DNA of 64,000 bases from Eledone cirrhosa (taxonomy: Eukaryota). The stretch is from contig OZ024740.1 in NCBI GenBank assembly GCA_964016885.1, forward strand, positions 85,622,001 to 85,686,000, written 5' to 3'. The translations under genes were made by a program, and so were the position numbers. Numbering within the stretch: the first letter of the stretch is position 1; each line of letters starts with the position of its first letter. The notes under the pieces were generated by a model. That model worked only from the letters and a program-made list of their open reading frames with translations, was not told the DNA's origin and ran no database searches. Positions 40,764-54,883 of the stretch are shown piece by piece.

Positions 40764-41050
40764 ATAAATGACTTAAACTGAACTTTGATTATTGTAATCT
40801 CTATATAACTGCTCTGTAAAACAACTGATGTTATTACATTGAGCTATTTATCTTACTGGTAATAGGATAGTAATTAATGACTATCTCTCACTATTTAGGG
40901 TTTGTATATATAATATATTACCATTAAAGGTTTTATTGCATACATAACCATAAATAGTACCCTTAATACTATATATATATATATTTCGTTTCTGAATTTG
41001 TTTAGCAAGATTCTTTATCTGAAAATGTGTGTTGAAACCGATATTGTTAT

Positions 41051-41527
41051 ACTTTGGGAGGGTCATGTTGCCAATAAGAAACACACGCACCAGTTGCTTT
41101 CACTCCAATTTTTATAAATTAAATTTATAAATTTAAGAATTTATAAATTTCCGGTTGGTTGGTTCCACAACCAGACGGTTGTTCATATATTGTCAAAGTT
41201 CTTTCGTCACACATTCTGTGACCTCTTCAGTGACTGGGGATTCTTTTCTTTGTTTTGTGCCTCTCCTGTTTTGTGCCCCTCCTTTGTTCTGTCCTACGCC
41301 ATCAAACAAGATAGCATAAACAAAGAAAAGAATCCCCAGTCACTTAAGAGGTCACAGAATGTGTGACGAAAGAACTTTGACAATATATGAATAACCGCCC
41401 GGTTGTGAAACCAACCAACCAACCGGAAATTTATAAATTCTTAAATTTATAAATTTAATTTATAATAAATTGGAGTGAAAGCAACTGGTGCGTGTGTTTC
41501 TTATTGGCAACATGACCCTCCCAAAGT
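41051..41527. mobile_element. Short PLE pLTR fold-back (arms 41051-41255 / 41318-41527) with a hammerhead in each arm
   Basis: ~205-bp inverted repeat; hammerheads at 41192-41234 (-) and 41339-41381 (+). Confidence 0.75.
41192..41234 (-). ncRNA. Minimal hammerhead motif
   Basis: Minus strand reads GTCA-CTGAAGA-G-GTCACA-GAATG-TGTGAC-GAAA-GAAC-TT-TGAC. The plus-strand copy has the mutated core CTTAAGA. Confidence 0.72.
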
Positions 41528-41531
41528 TTAA

Positions 41532-41565
<34 letters not shown>

Positions 41566-41604
41566 TACATATGTGTGTGTGTTAAGTATTTTCATAGAAA
41601 AGGT

Positions 41605-43098
41605 TTAGTGAGTTGGTCCCAGGGTTACCTACACCAGTAAGTACCACTGGATCCCAACTACGCTAAAATGGTGACCCCGACGTGATGAGCTTCACCGTGG
41701 AAGCTATGCCAGGATGCGACAGGGAATGAAGTGCATCAAACACGGTACGTTGGTGACAATCTGCAAGGAGCGGTCTGGGTGAGCCAGTAGAAATATCGCA
41801 GAGAATTTTCCCTTCAGAAGATGGAAGAGGTAAATATTCCAATTTGCAGCAGGAGAACTGGTCAGATCAAATGTCCAAAGAATCCAAAGTAGGTTGGTCA
41901 GTTGCTATGGCAACCAAATCGATATGTGCAGGAGACGCAAGAGAACACACAGAAAGTCGAAATAGTGCGTTCGCGGGTATGTTGGCAGCTCCGGTTATAT
42001 GACGAATGTCACTGGTGTACTGGGAGATGAGATCCAAATGCCTATATGCTCTCGGAGAGTACCTGTCAGTCTTGGATTGGAGAGCGAATGTTAGCGGTTT
42101 ATGGTCCGTGAATATCGTGAACTCCCGCCCTTCCAAAAAATGGTGGAAGTGCTTCACGGCAAGATAAACTGCCAAAAGTTCTCCGTCAAAGGTGCTGTAT
42201 TTCTGTTCCGTTGGTTTAAGTTGGCGTGAGAAAAATGCCAGTGGTTGAACCTGGTGGTCGATCGTATGTTGCAAAACTGCTCCAACAGCATGATCGGGCG
42301 CATCAACAGTTAAAGAAAGCCTCGCATTTGCAACAGGATGGGCGAGGAAAGAAACTTCAGCTATTTCGGACTTGACGGATTCAAACGATTGCATATTATC
42401 GACAGAAAGTGAAATGGGAGCATCTTTCTTTTTCGCAGCCTTTAAAAACTGTGTCAAGGGAAACAACCTGTCCGCACAATTAGGAATGAAACGACAATAA
42501 AAGTTGATTAATCCTAAGAAATGACGTAACTGTTTCAGTGAGGTGGCGGGTGCGATACGCTGAATCGCTTCCACCTTAGATGGCAGAGGTCGAAGCCTTC
42601 CGAATCTATAAGATGTCCAAGGAATTCCAGTGAAGCTGTACCAAACACACATTTAGCTGGGTTGATTCTGACTTGGTACAATCGAAGACGTTGAATTTCT
42701 AGAATATTCCTTAAACTTCCGTACCGGGGATTATAAAAGATAGAGCAAAAAGCGATCTTCCTCTCTTTGGCAGCAAGCTCTCAAACTGACCACACCGAGC
42801 GCAAATATGTTAAGCTTTTTCCAACCATATCTTGTAATTCAGGATTACACCATATCATGCCACGAGGTACGTTTTGTTAACAAATTATAATACACGAACT
42901 ACAATAAATTCAAGTTATTTTGATACTCGTTTTGAGAAACTCTTCATGTCTCAGTTATTACTTCGAATGTAGGGAGAGATAATTCTCACGAAAAAGGAAA
43001 TTGTATGAAAGTTCTTCTATATCGTCTTTCAATTAAAATTAGTAGTTGGGATCCAATGGTACTTAGTGGAGTAGGTAACCCTGGGACCAACTCACTAA
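41605..43098. mobile_element. Unit bounded by 57-bp inverted repeats and an AAAGGT direct repeat, enclosing a Gypsy pol fragment
   Basis: 41605-41661 versus 43042-43098 match at 54/57 positions. AAAGGT at 41599-41604 and 43099-43104. Confidence 0.6.
41665..42700 (-). pseudogene. Ty3/Gypsy pol fragment: RT end, RNase H and start of the integrase zinc-binding region
   Basis: INPAKCVFG, FLGLINFYCRFIP, DA...AVGAVLQ, LAFFSRQL...YSTFDGELLA, TDHKPL, then HSLSHPG after a frameshift. No LTRs. Confidence 0.9.
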
Positions 43099-43142
43099 AA
43101 AGGTAGAGGAAAGAAGAGTGCTCTATGTATAGTCCAGAGCTA

Positions 43143-43338
43143 TTTAATTATATAATAAACAACACAATATAATTATTCCATTACCTAAGGTTTCCTGAAA
43201 CTGGACGATCTTAACAGAAACGTCCAGTACGTTCATCAGATGAAATATTTCGTTAAGATGAAATATTTCTATTAAGATCGTCTAGCTTCATGAAACCTTA
43301 GGTAATGGAATAATTATATTGCGTTGTTTATTATATAA

Positions 43339-43343
<5 letters not shown>
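43143..43343. mobile_element. ~200-bp PLE-end fold-back with a canonical-core hammerhead on the minus strand (43174-43247)
   Basis: Minus strand reads TATTTCAT-CTGATGA-...ACTGGACG...CGTCCAGT...-GAAA-CCTTAGG-TA-ATGGAATA. Adjoins (TA)n. Confidence 0.72.
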
Positions 43344-43423
<80 letters not shown>

Positions 43424-43439
43424 TGTGTATTATGTATGT

Positions 43440-43860
<421 letters not shown>

Positions 43861-44612
43861 CTGTTAGACACGCAGTGACTAACAACAGAATGTTTTTAGT
43901 CAAAATGTCTGACATATACACGTAACTTGTGAATAAAAAATTCAAGGGGTTTCGCTGGCCGTGGTGATCCCTGCCAAACATCTTTTGTAATGTATCGTCT
44001 TATTGTCTAATTTCATCGTCTTATTGGCTAATCAACCAATGAGAGTAATTGTTGCTCAAAAGCATCCGCCACTTTGTTTGCACGTTTATTTATCGTTTCG
44101 CTTTCGAATCTTCCTCCTGTATTTCGTCGTTTACCATGAAAATATTTTTCTCGTTTTGGTAAGTTATATTGTTAATTTATATATGATTTTTTAAATTTAT
44201 ATTAACTATTTTTTTTCAGTTCGTTATAACATGCTTATAATATTGGTTGTATCATATTTACTTGTATATTTGTCCATATTATTGTTCGATTTATGTTAGA
44301 TTATTTTATTATTATTATGTTAGATTATTTTTTTTTATTACGGTATGTTAGACTATTTGTATGTAATATTTAATTTTTATTAATTCAATTATAACAATTA
44401 TTATGTAAAATATATTTATTTAATATTGATTGTTTTTTGTAGTTGTTTATATTAAAAGTCTGAAATATTTTTATACATCTTACAATAATATTTATAAAAT
44501 CATTTATAAAATAACAATTATATAATCTAATTACATTACAACGATAATTTATTATTAATATATATCATGTTTAACTAGTTATTACAAGCGTTGCCTTAAA
44601 AAAATATTAAAC

Positions 44613-45055
44613 TAGATCTGAAAAATGCACAAGCTCAAAAGAGCCACAGAATGTTATAATAAACCTTCAAAAGTGTGGGACTAGTGTTGTTGCTCAAAAA
44701 TATTGTAATCATTATCTATCGTACACTCTGTGGCATCCTTTTATAAAAAAGAGACTCATAACGAACTCAAGACGACACGATAATTATTTAAGTGAATTTA
44801 TAATATAGAATTCGGTTTAAGTGCATTTCGTATTAATCATTACTAAACATCTAATATGAGATATTGAACATTAGCTTAAATAATTATCGTGCCGTCTTGA
44901 GTTCGTTATGAGTCTCTTTTTTTATAAAAGGATGCCGCAGAGTGTACAATAGATAATGATTACAATATTTTTGAGCAACAACTCTAGTCCTACACTTTTG
45001 AAGGTTTATTATAACATTCTGTAGCTCTTTTGAGCTTGCGCATTTTTCAGGTCTA
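44613..45055. mobile_element. MITE-like fold-back with ~180-bp inverted arms beginning TAGA(T/C)CTGAAAAATGC
   Basis: Arms 44613-44792 and 44875-45055. No clear TSD; superfamily uncertain. Confidence 0.7.
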
Positions 45056-45131
45056 ATATATATATACATGTATGTTTCAAATGAAAAGATATATGTATAT
45101 TGAGAGAGAAAAAGAACCATATATTGTGATA

Positions 45132-45308
45132 CAGTGAAATACCGTTATAACGAAATTCACAGGGTATAAACAAAAATTCGTTGCAAGGAAACATTTTTTA
45201 TAACGAGATCGACCTAACACATCGAGTGCGTGGCCGGATATTAAAAACAAATTTCGTTATACTGAATAATTCGTTATAATGGTATTCGTTATAACGGAAT
45301 TTTATCTG
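45132..45308. mobile_element. Tc1/mariner-pogo (Tigger-like) MITE
   Basis: TA|CAGTGAAATACCGTTATAACGAA...TTCGTTATAACGGAATTTTATCTG|TA. Confidence 0.8.
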
Positions 45309-45358
45309 TATGGTTCTTTCTTTCTTTCTTTCTTTCTCTCTCTCTCTCTCTTTCTCTG

Positions 45359-45435
<77 letters not shown>

Positions 45436-45619
45436 CTCTCTCTCTTAATATACATATATCTTGCAGTATCGGTAGAGGGTCGAACGCCATGCTTTGCAGA
45501 AAAGAGTTACGGCCCTTTATGGTCTGAGTTCAAATCCCGCTATATGTGTGTCGGTGGGTGTGTGTTGTGTGTATGTATGTACACATACACACATATATAT
45601 ACATATATAAAAGCTCCGA

Positions 45620-45830
45620 TACTATAGGCATCTGGTTAGTATGTCTCAGGAAAGAATCGCTGGAGACGATTTTAGGGGTGAAACCAACCGGCAGGAGACC
45701 CAGGGGTAGACCCCGAGCAAGATGGTTGGATAACATTCATGATATTGGCTGGTCTCACTTGAGTGTTTGAGGACTCTGTCCCCCCCTCCTACGACCCTCT
45801 CAGGAGTGGGCGAAGAAGAAGAAGAAGAAG
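45620..45830 (+). mobile_element. RTE LINE 3' end with (GAA)n tail
   Basis: KPTGRRPRGRPRARWLDNI, then gaagaagaag. Confidence 0.75.
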
Positions 45831-45949
45831 CCTATATTCTATCAACGTATTGAGTACCTTTGTTAAATGTGGTTAACCCCGATACAACTCAGACCCCCCC
45901 CCACACGCATATATATATAATCATCAAGCACCTCATGTGGAGATGGGGA

Positions 45950-46080
45950 AACTTTTGGCACAAGGCCAGCAATTATCCCAGTGCATTACTGGTGCTTTAT
46001 TTTATCGACCCCGTAAGGAACAAAGGCAAAGATAACCTCGGTGGGATTTGAACTTAGACCGTAACGGGCCGTACACCGAC
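45950..46080 (-). mobile_element. SINE family A copy
   Basis: ttttggcacaaggccagc...tttatcgaccccgtaagg..aaaggcaaag.taacctcgg. Confidence 0.8.
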
Positions 46081-46320
46081 TAAATAATTCTGATGACGGA
46101 AATAATGTGGACAGAGATGCTCGCCAAGAATCGAACCAGGCGTTTCTATTATGCCGTTTAACCCTTACACCACAGTGTCACTGACCACTAATCACCGTAT
46201 TTTGGAATGTTTAAGCATGAAGCTAGAAGTGTAAGCAAAGTTTGTTTAAATTATGAATCATTGGGGAAATCGAAATTTGAAAACACAGTCGGCACAATGC
46301 AGATAACTATAATAATAGTT

Positions 46321-47540
46321 CTTCTTCTTCTTCTTCTTCTTCTTCTTCTTCTTCTTCTTCTTCTTCTTCTTCTTCTTCTTCTTCTTCTTCTTCTTCTTCT
46401 TCCCGAGAGGGTCGTGGAGGAAGAGTCCTCAAACACTCTTGTCAGCGGGTCCTGTCAGAAGCAACCCTCTGGACAGCCAAGTGAGACCAGCCGAGATCAT
46501 GGTTGTTATCCAACCATTTTGCTCGGGGTTTACCTCTTGGTCTCTTGCCGGTTGGTTTATGCTCTGATCGCCGAGCTACACACTCTATCGAGTAACGTTA
46601 CTCCAAAGATCCTTCGGAGGAACCCCATTTCAGGCACTTATATTCGTGATCGTATTCTTTCTGTCATTATCCAAGATTCATGACCATAGGAAGGTTTAAT
46701 ACGAATATAGAATTGAAGATAGTGTGGCTTTTAACCTTACCATCCTTTTGATTGCCAAATACTGAAGCTGGCGCATTACTGCACGAGCTCTTACAATTCT
46801 TGCACTTAATTCAGCCTCTCGCCTCCCATCACTCATAAACACGGCCTCGAGATACTTGAACTTCTCCACCTACTTCAGTGGAACCCCATTCACATGTAGA
46901 GTGCACTGTGCAGGCTTCCTTGAGAGGACGAGTGTCTCAGTTTTCGCAGCAGTGATTTTCATTCTAGTCGTGCAGCACTCGGCATCAAACCTATCAAGCG
47001 CAAGTCTGGGATCACCTCCTGACGGGTTAAGTAACACCATGTCGTTTCAAATTCAAGCCGACTGATTTTACACCTACCAGTTGTGATACCACTTCCAACC
47101 CGGTTGCGCATGTCAATCCTGTTCGTGAAAATAATGAACAGGGGAGGTGACAGTACGCACCATTAGCGGGGTCAGACTCTCACATTGAATGGTTTCAATT
47201 CAGTACCATTTATTCGAGCATTCGTATAGAGACACCAGGGTGACAAGAAGCTCGCCAACGATCCCATAATTCTGATGTACACAAGATGCATCTGGGAGTG
47301 GTGACTAATCTCTCGAAGGCTGAGGTCACAAGGACAATTAAAGAGGTAAGATGTGGCAAGGCCGCTGAGGAAGATGAAATCTAGCCTGAGATGTTAAAAG
47401 CCTTAAATAAAGAAGATATTTTCTGGCTGACTCGTGTGTGCTGGGTGGTCTGGATCTCTGGAAAGGTATCTAAGCAATGGCAATCGGGAATGATAATCCC
47501 AATTTTCAAAAAGGGAGACAAGAGAGATTGTTCCAATTAT
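46321..47540 (-). mobile_element. Decayed RTE LINE: minus-strand 3' part with (AAG)n tail at 46321-46401, plus an inverted RT fragment at ~47270-47540 (+)
   Basis: Minus strand has VEKFKYL and VRV*PR*WCVLSPPLF remnants. Plus strand has PEMLKAL...W..GMIIPIFKKGDKRDCSNY. Confidence 0.7.
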
Positions 47541-47734
47541 ATAATAATTGTTGATAATTATAAATAATAATTTAGACGTGTCGAGGTCTAATCGAAAGTT
47601 TATACCACGTGACTTTAATGCCATTACTACATTTAAATATGAAAAATTCAGGTTAATGTTCATCTAATTGTCTGTGGTATTGTTCGCAGATGCATCTGTT
47701 CACTTCTAGTTTGCAGAAGTTTGAAGTTTTTAGT

Positions 47735-48440
<706 letters not shown>

Positions 48441-48744
48441 ATAAATTTGATTATTCAACGAAATAGTACACACGATGTTACGGTAGAGACGATTTGGTAT
48501 TCAGCACAAGTAGCATATGATTTGATAGAAAGAAGTCACCATGCTGACAGGCGTTAGATTTCTACGATGTGAATGCTAAGCTGTTATATGTGATTTTATT
48601 TCATATACATATATATGTGTAGAAAATATGTCAAGATGTAGTTCCGAAATTTGTATAAATTTAGATATCCCAAGAAATAATACAAACGACGTCTCTTTGA
48701 CGACAGATCTCCTACTTAGCTCGATTATTATTATTATTGTTGTG

Positions 48745-50657
48745 TTATATCGTTAGCTCAGTTCTGTTTCTCTTTTGCCGGGTTCAGGCCTTGAACTTAG
48801 ATCAATAGATGTTTTCATTGCAGAGAGAGAGAACTCGTCTGATAATGTGTGCTGTTCCTAGTAGCCCAATCTTCTGAAGCTCATATTTGCTGATCTTGCA
48901 GAGAAGGACGCTAATGTGCAGGTCTGAGGATTTGGGTATTAATCCTAATACTCTTATTACCACAGGGATAGTGTTTGTAGTTATCCTCCACATGCGGTTG
49001 ATCTTTATTTCCAGGTCTTTGTAATTTGATATTTTTCCATTGTTTTTATAGATGTATTCTTGTCATCTGATACGGAAATATCTATAAGGCTACATGTCCA
49101 ATCTGTTTGTTTTTTTATGATATCTCGGTCAGTTATCACAAGCATATCCCATAAGACGGATATGTTGCCCCTTTCCATGACTGTTTTTGGTTGATGTTCA
49201 TACCATTTATTAGAAGTTTGGATGTCATGAGAGCGGCAGAGCATCCAGTGCACATATTTGGCAATGCGGTTGTGTCTTTCGATATAGTCAGGTTTTGCCA
49301 GTTCTGGACACCCGGAGATAACATGATCTACGATTTCTTCATGTTTGTAGCATATTCTGCATAAAGGGCTAGTCCTATCTTTCACTATTCTGTGTCTATA
49401 GGCCCGAGTGTTTAGAGATTAGTCTTGTGCAGCAACTAAAATTCTTACAGTCTCTGCTTTCAAAACAGCACTTCTGAGCCAGGATAGTGAGCGATGCTGA
49501 TTGATATCATTATCAGAAAGTCGTTCTGGGAATATACAAAGTAGAGGTTTTGCCTTCCATTCACAGTTTAGTTCCTTTGTTTGGAGTTTCTTTACTTTGA
49601 TTTTCACAGTCATAGCTAGTTGTTCAGCACTCTGTTGTTGATTTTCTATTGGTATGTCTTGTTCCATATTAGTTTTTGCCTAAATTTTCTTGTCTCTTTT
49701 GTTATTGAGTGTAGTTTCTTAATTCGTTCATGCTTGAGTACAGACTTAAGTAATTCACCTCAGGTGTGGTGGAGGTATCCAATCCAATGGTTGCTGTTTT
49801 CTTGATGTATACAGTGATACAGCCTATATACATCGGCTTTAGGGTGGTGCATTTTTTCCGTTGTCAATAGTTTCCTTGTCTTAGTGTCCAACCTTTGTAG
49901 TTCCAGTTTATGATGTTAAAGCTGGTGCTGCTAGACTGTTAATGGCTTTGAACTTGTAGCAGAAGTTTAGCTCACTTTTTGTTACCAGTATCATTCTTCT
50001 TTTGTACTCCTTCCGTATCTTTTCCTTCATACTTGCATACTGGATTCCATCTCCTTCATTAACTCCAAGATATTTGTAGAACTCTTCGTTGTTAAGTTCC
50101 TTTATGGTAGTTTATTGGTCTATGACAATATCTTTATGGTTAGAGAGCAACCCTCTCTTGAATGTGGATTTTGTACACTTGTCCAGTCCAAATCCATATG
50201 GATGTCATCACTGGATTGATTCACTGTGTGCAGTAAACCCTCCAGCTGCCCATCATTGTTTCCAAATAGCTTGATATCATCCATATAAAGAAGGTGACTG
50301 TAGTGTCTGTCGTCTATTTTATATCCATAGCCTGTCCTCCGTAGTAACTGACTTAACGGAGCAAGTGAAATACAGAACAACAATGGGGACAATGAGTTAC
50401 CTTGGAATATTCCACGATTAATCTTGATCTGTCTTGGTTCCAGTAGTCCGTTGTGGTGTTGAAGGACCATCGTAGTTTTCTATTGCCTTCAGGAAAGTAG
50501 TTATCTCCAGTGCTATGTAATATGAATGAGGTACATTGTCGAATGCCATCCTCTAGTCTATCCAAGCCATTGACAGATTTTTCTTTATCTGTTTGCAGTT
50601 TTTCGTTATGAGTCTACTTATCAGCAGCTAATCTTTGCTCCCATAACACTCTTGTTT
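48745..50657 (-). mobile_element. Decayed, 5'-truncated R4/Dong-like non-LTR retrotransposon (RT + CCHC + restriction-like endonuclease)
   Basis: GIFQGNSLSPLLF, HLLYMDDIKLF, CRIC...HVISGC, IPVVIRVLG in broken frames; (TTA)n-like tracts on both sides. Confidence 0.88.
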
Positions 50658-50682
50658 ATCATCATCATTATCATTATTATTA

Positions 50683-53600
50683 CTGTGCTGAATCTCTCGA
50701 GATGGTTGTAACTACAACTAAGTCAGTTGAATTTTATGAATTTATCAAAAATTTTATATAGTAATTTTTACATTGGTGTGTAGTTAAAGAACCCCTCTTT
50801 CAAAGGAGATGGGTTTTTTAACTGTATCTCTCGCCCATAAGGGTTGAATTTGTATTTATTTACAATCGTAATCGTACCCCTCCAATTTTTGTTTAAAATA
50901 AAACATGGCGGACAAAAGAAATTGTCCACAGGGAGGAACAGCGGGTTGTTCGGCGGGTAGAACAGCCGATTCCGTCCAATCACAAGACAAAGGCAAGAAC
51001 AATCGGAATGAAATCGCGCCGTGTCGAACGGGCAACGGAGTCACAGGTCCAAAGGGTTATGGGTGCCGTCTGGGCACAGAAAAGATACATAGCCCGAGGA
51101 TCGAGGTATGGCACTGTGGATGTGCTCTTCGCTACACCAGAAGAAGCCAGAGCACACTCCATTGCGCCACTCCGCAGTGACGAAATAATAATGATGCCCT
51201 CATACTGCGGCCAGAGAGCCGTGATGGTTCGAGTAACCCAGGTTCCGCCCTCAGTGGAGATCGCGTGGTTGATGGCGACCGTCCTCGCTAACGTCGATAA
51301 TTCAACAACTATACTCGACGTCATGCGAATAAGTGAGGAGAATTGAAAAGGGTCGGGGTTGGAGCTAATCCTCCAAGCAAACCATGAGAGCATCGAGGCC
51401 ATCTCCGATGTAATAGACCTGGACGACGGCAGCCATCTACCCGTGACCGTCGAAGGTAGGCGCCCAAGGTGTCATGGATGCGTTGACAAGATGCACCTTA
51501 AGGCCTTCTACCCCAAACTCACCAAAACGGGCACGCGCTCCCCCTTCTCCTCACGCCGTGCCCCACGACTGGAGTGGACAAACCATCCAAGACCACAGTG
51601 ACAGAAGAAAAATCACTATCCCCAACAACAAAAGCACCATCTCTTCCATCACCAACAGAACCAATGGAGAGCATGCCACTTCCCGATATTGCTAAATCGG
51701 ACAAGGAGTGCGATGAGGCCGAAGTATAGAAAACCATCCCAGCAAAAAAAAAGAACTCCCTACCTTCGCCCGCCACAAAAAGAGGAAGAAAGAACCCCCA
51801 AAGAGAAAATGAAAACGACCCCACCTCCTCCACCACCACCAACAGCCACACCCCCACAACCACCTATACCATCACCGGTTGGATTTCCCGAATGTACCAA
51901 TGTGGACTTGGACAAACCGTATCGGGTCATCCAGATCATATCTAGATAGGGTATTTTGTAGGGAAATAGATAGGTCTAGCATAGGCTGTCCACAATTCAA
52001 GATAGTCGACTAGACGGACCACAAATTCGTGATCTGTGTGGTTGACTTAGATAGGCTTCATAGACAGGGATCCGGCTACTGGAAGCTAAACGCATCGTTA
52101 ACAGCGCGCAAAGCTTACAGAGACCAGATTAGTGAATTAGTTAAGCGGGCGTTGACGGGGGCCATCGTCAACAACAAATGGTGGTTTGCCCTGAAAAGAG
52201 CGATTAGAATAGAGTCCATTAAGTTTGTGTAAGGCGTTAGTAATAGAGAAAAATAGAGCAGAGGGAGATCTAGTTAGCAAATAAGACGAGGCGCTTAGTA
52301 AAGGCATCGCGACCGACGTGCTTGCGACAAAATTGGCTCTCGACCAATTTTTCAACGCAAAGCACGAAGGCTGCGTTGTGAGAGCTAGTGTACGTGCTCT
52401 CACACGAGGGGATGAAAGACGTTCAATGGGCCCGGGTGGCGGGGGCACGTCGTGGAAACAAAGCCACGATCCGGTCTTTGGAACCACGACGGGCGCATGA
52501 TACTCGATCCTGGGTAGATGTGTGCGGCTTTTCAAAAGCACTTTGGTCAGCTGTTCGAGGGCAGTGGCGGGCCGCATCGCGGGATGGAGTTTAGTGCCTA
52601 GCTCGACGGACTGCCGCGGCTCTCGGCCGCTGAGGCGGAGTGTTGCAAAGGCCGATTACAGCTGCTGAAGTACGAGAGGCAATGACTGGCTGCACAATGG
52701 CTAAATCGCCTGGTTTGGATGGTCTGCGGTCTGCTCTACGAACTCTACGTATAAATGCCAGACTTATTCGGATACCTTTTAGCGGGCATCTACTGCAACT
52801 GGCAGCAAAACAGGAGAATTCCCAGCTCTGTGAGCCGAGGAGCGGTGGTGCTGCTGAGAAAGGATCCGAACAAGGGGGATAACATAGATACTTTCAGGCC
52901 CATAACTCTGCTAAACACAGAGTTCAAGATTTTGGCTAAGGTGCTAGCAAAGAGGTTGGCGCTTGTCGTTGGTGGTCTGGTGGGAGAGGCGCAGACATGC
53001 GCCATTCCCGACAGATCCAACCACGACAACCTTCACCTCATGCAATACATCGTAGAGAGGGTATCTAGGGAACCTGTAACGGGTGGGCCCTTGATCAATT
53101 TAGATCAGTCGAAAGCCTTCGATAGGGTCGACCATCGTTATCTGGCGGCAGTTCTGAGGGCGGCTGGCTTTGGGCCCGTCTTCAGAGGCTGGATTGCTGC
53201 CATGCACAGCGACATCTGCTCAGTGGTGAGAGTGAACGGTCACCATTCGGAACCGTTCAACATCATGTGCTAGGTCCGCCAAAGATGTCCTCTCTCGTCC
53301 CTCTTGTACGTATTAACTCTCGAGCCATTACTGCACAAACTGGATACGTTGAGGGAGGTCCCGCGCGAACTGGGATGCGGAAGAACCGTGTCAGCATATG
53401 CAGACGACGTCACCGTGATGTCGAACGCCAGACACATCGAGGCGATCGGCACCACACTAAGAGAATACGAGGCGGTGACAGGAGCAATGATCAACCAGGA
53501 AAAGTCGGTGGGCCTGCAACTCGGCACTTGGAGAGGCAGGTCCATGGCGTCCCACAGCGTCGCAGGGCGCTGGGCGGACGGACGGACCGGTTAAATTGTT

Positions 53601-54777
53601 AGGGGTCTGGTTCGGTCCGGACCTCCAGACGGATAAAAACTGGGACGAGGTGACGAGCAGGGTGGCCTCTCTCACCCAGAAACTGTCCATCTGCTGTCAA
53701 CACCCGCTATGCAGAGGGCTGGGAATGCCGTGGCTGATGATGCGCAGACATGCGCTCAGGCTACGACATGTACATCTCTTCCTCGACGGTGATTGGGTGT
53801 GGTCGCCGTTTGCTAGATCATTTTTCCCCAGCTCGTCTCCATGACGGAGCTGCAGTCCTGGGTCAAGCGAAGACCGAGAGGTAGCATTGGATACTGGAAT
53901 GTCTGCAGGCGCTTACAGCCCCCGACCAGTCGGGCAATACGATTGGTGGAAACTCAACCTTAGCGTTCTATAGAGGGAAAGAGCGACGCACGTCCTTGGG
54001 GAGACTCTGGGTGTCGACGAAAACCAACTAGTCAATCTCTTCGGGAGAACTTTCGGGCCGGGGCCCATGGACAACTTCCAGAAATCCCTGGCCTAGCAGT
54101 GCTACCTAGGAGCTTTGCCAGTTCGGGATAAACTCTAGAGGCATGGAAGTGCCATCAGCCGAGCCTGTCCGAGATGCGCGCAGGGCGATGAAACCGTTCT
54201 GCACGCACACGTCCAGTGTCCGAGCATTACTGACTTGTGGGTTTATGTCGAACACCTGCTGTCGCGTGTAGAACGGATCCGGCTATCAGCTGAGTCCATC
54301 GTGAGAATTTCCCCGCCGCCTTCCTTTAGCCGGGAAGGGAAGACAATTTCTATCTGCCTGGTGGCCATGGTAAAAGAGATCGTATGGTGGACACGAACTT
54401 TTTCAAGTTTCACCTGAAAAGGAAAATCAGGGTGGAGAGGGAAGTGCTGCCTTCCAGCCAGTTTGTTGAACGGTGGGTGAGAAAGGCAAGAATGGCCCGT
54501 GTGAATGCGCCTACCCTGAGCGTGTGCCTGTAGCATAGTGGGAGGAAAACTGGAAGAGGGCACTTGCCCTAGCGGTCAGGGTAACCGTGACTTTTTTGTG
54601 CGAGCGACCCTCGGAAGTCTCCCCCCTATTGGGGAATTTTTTATTGTTTCCTTTTTTTTTGTTACATCCTGTTTTTTTTTTTACACACAGAAATGCCCAT
54701 TTGTACCGTCCTGTATTGTGCTGTGTTCTCCTTAATGTTATACTTTGTGTCAACCCTTGTGGTTAATAAAGAAATCA
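50683..54777 (+). mobile_element. Tx1/L1-clade LINE, decayed: ORF1 with zinc-knuckle remnant, internally deleted ORF2, (TTA)n tail
   Basis: GRRPRCHGC, GSGYWKLN, KSPGLDG, FRPITLLNTEFKILAK, DQSKAFDRVDH, SAYADDVT, CPRC; AATAAA followed by (TTA)n. Confidence 0.9.
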
Positions 54778-54883
54778 TTATTATTATTATTATTATTGTT
54801 ATTGTTATTCCTTGAATCTCAGTCATTGATGTTGGTTAACTGGAAAGTCCGTTGGATTGAATATCAAGCCACTACCTGCAGCC

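Larger units (their letters stand above)
37587..40910 (+). mobile_element. 5'-truncated Penelope-like element (Naiad-type) with ~885-bp inverted pLTRs (37587-38473 / 39916-40803)
   Basis: Arms are near-identical (the same 81-aa spurious ORF appears at 37940+ and 40449-). Central GIY-YIG ORF, hammerheads near the outer ends, (TA)n flanks. Confidence 0.92.
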
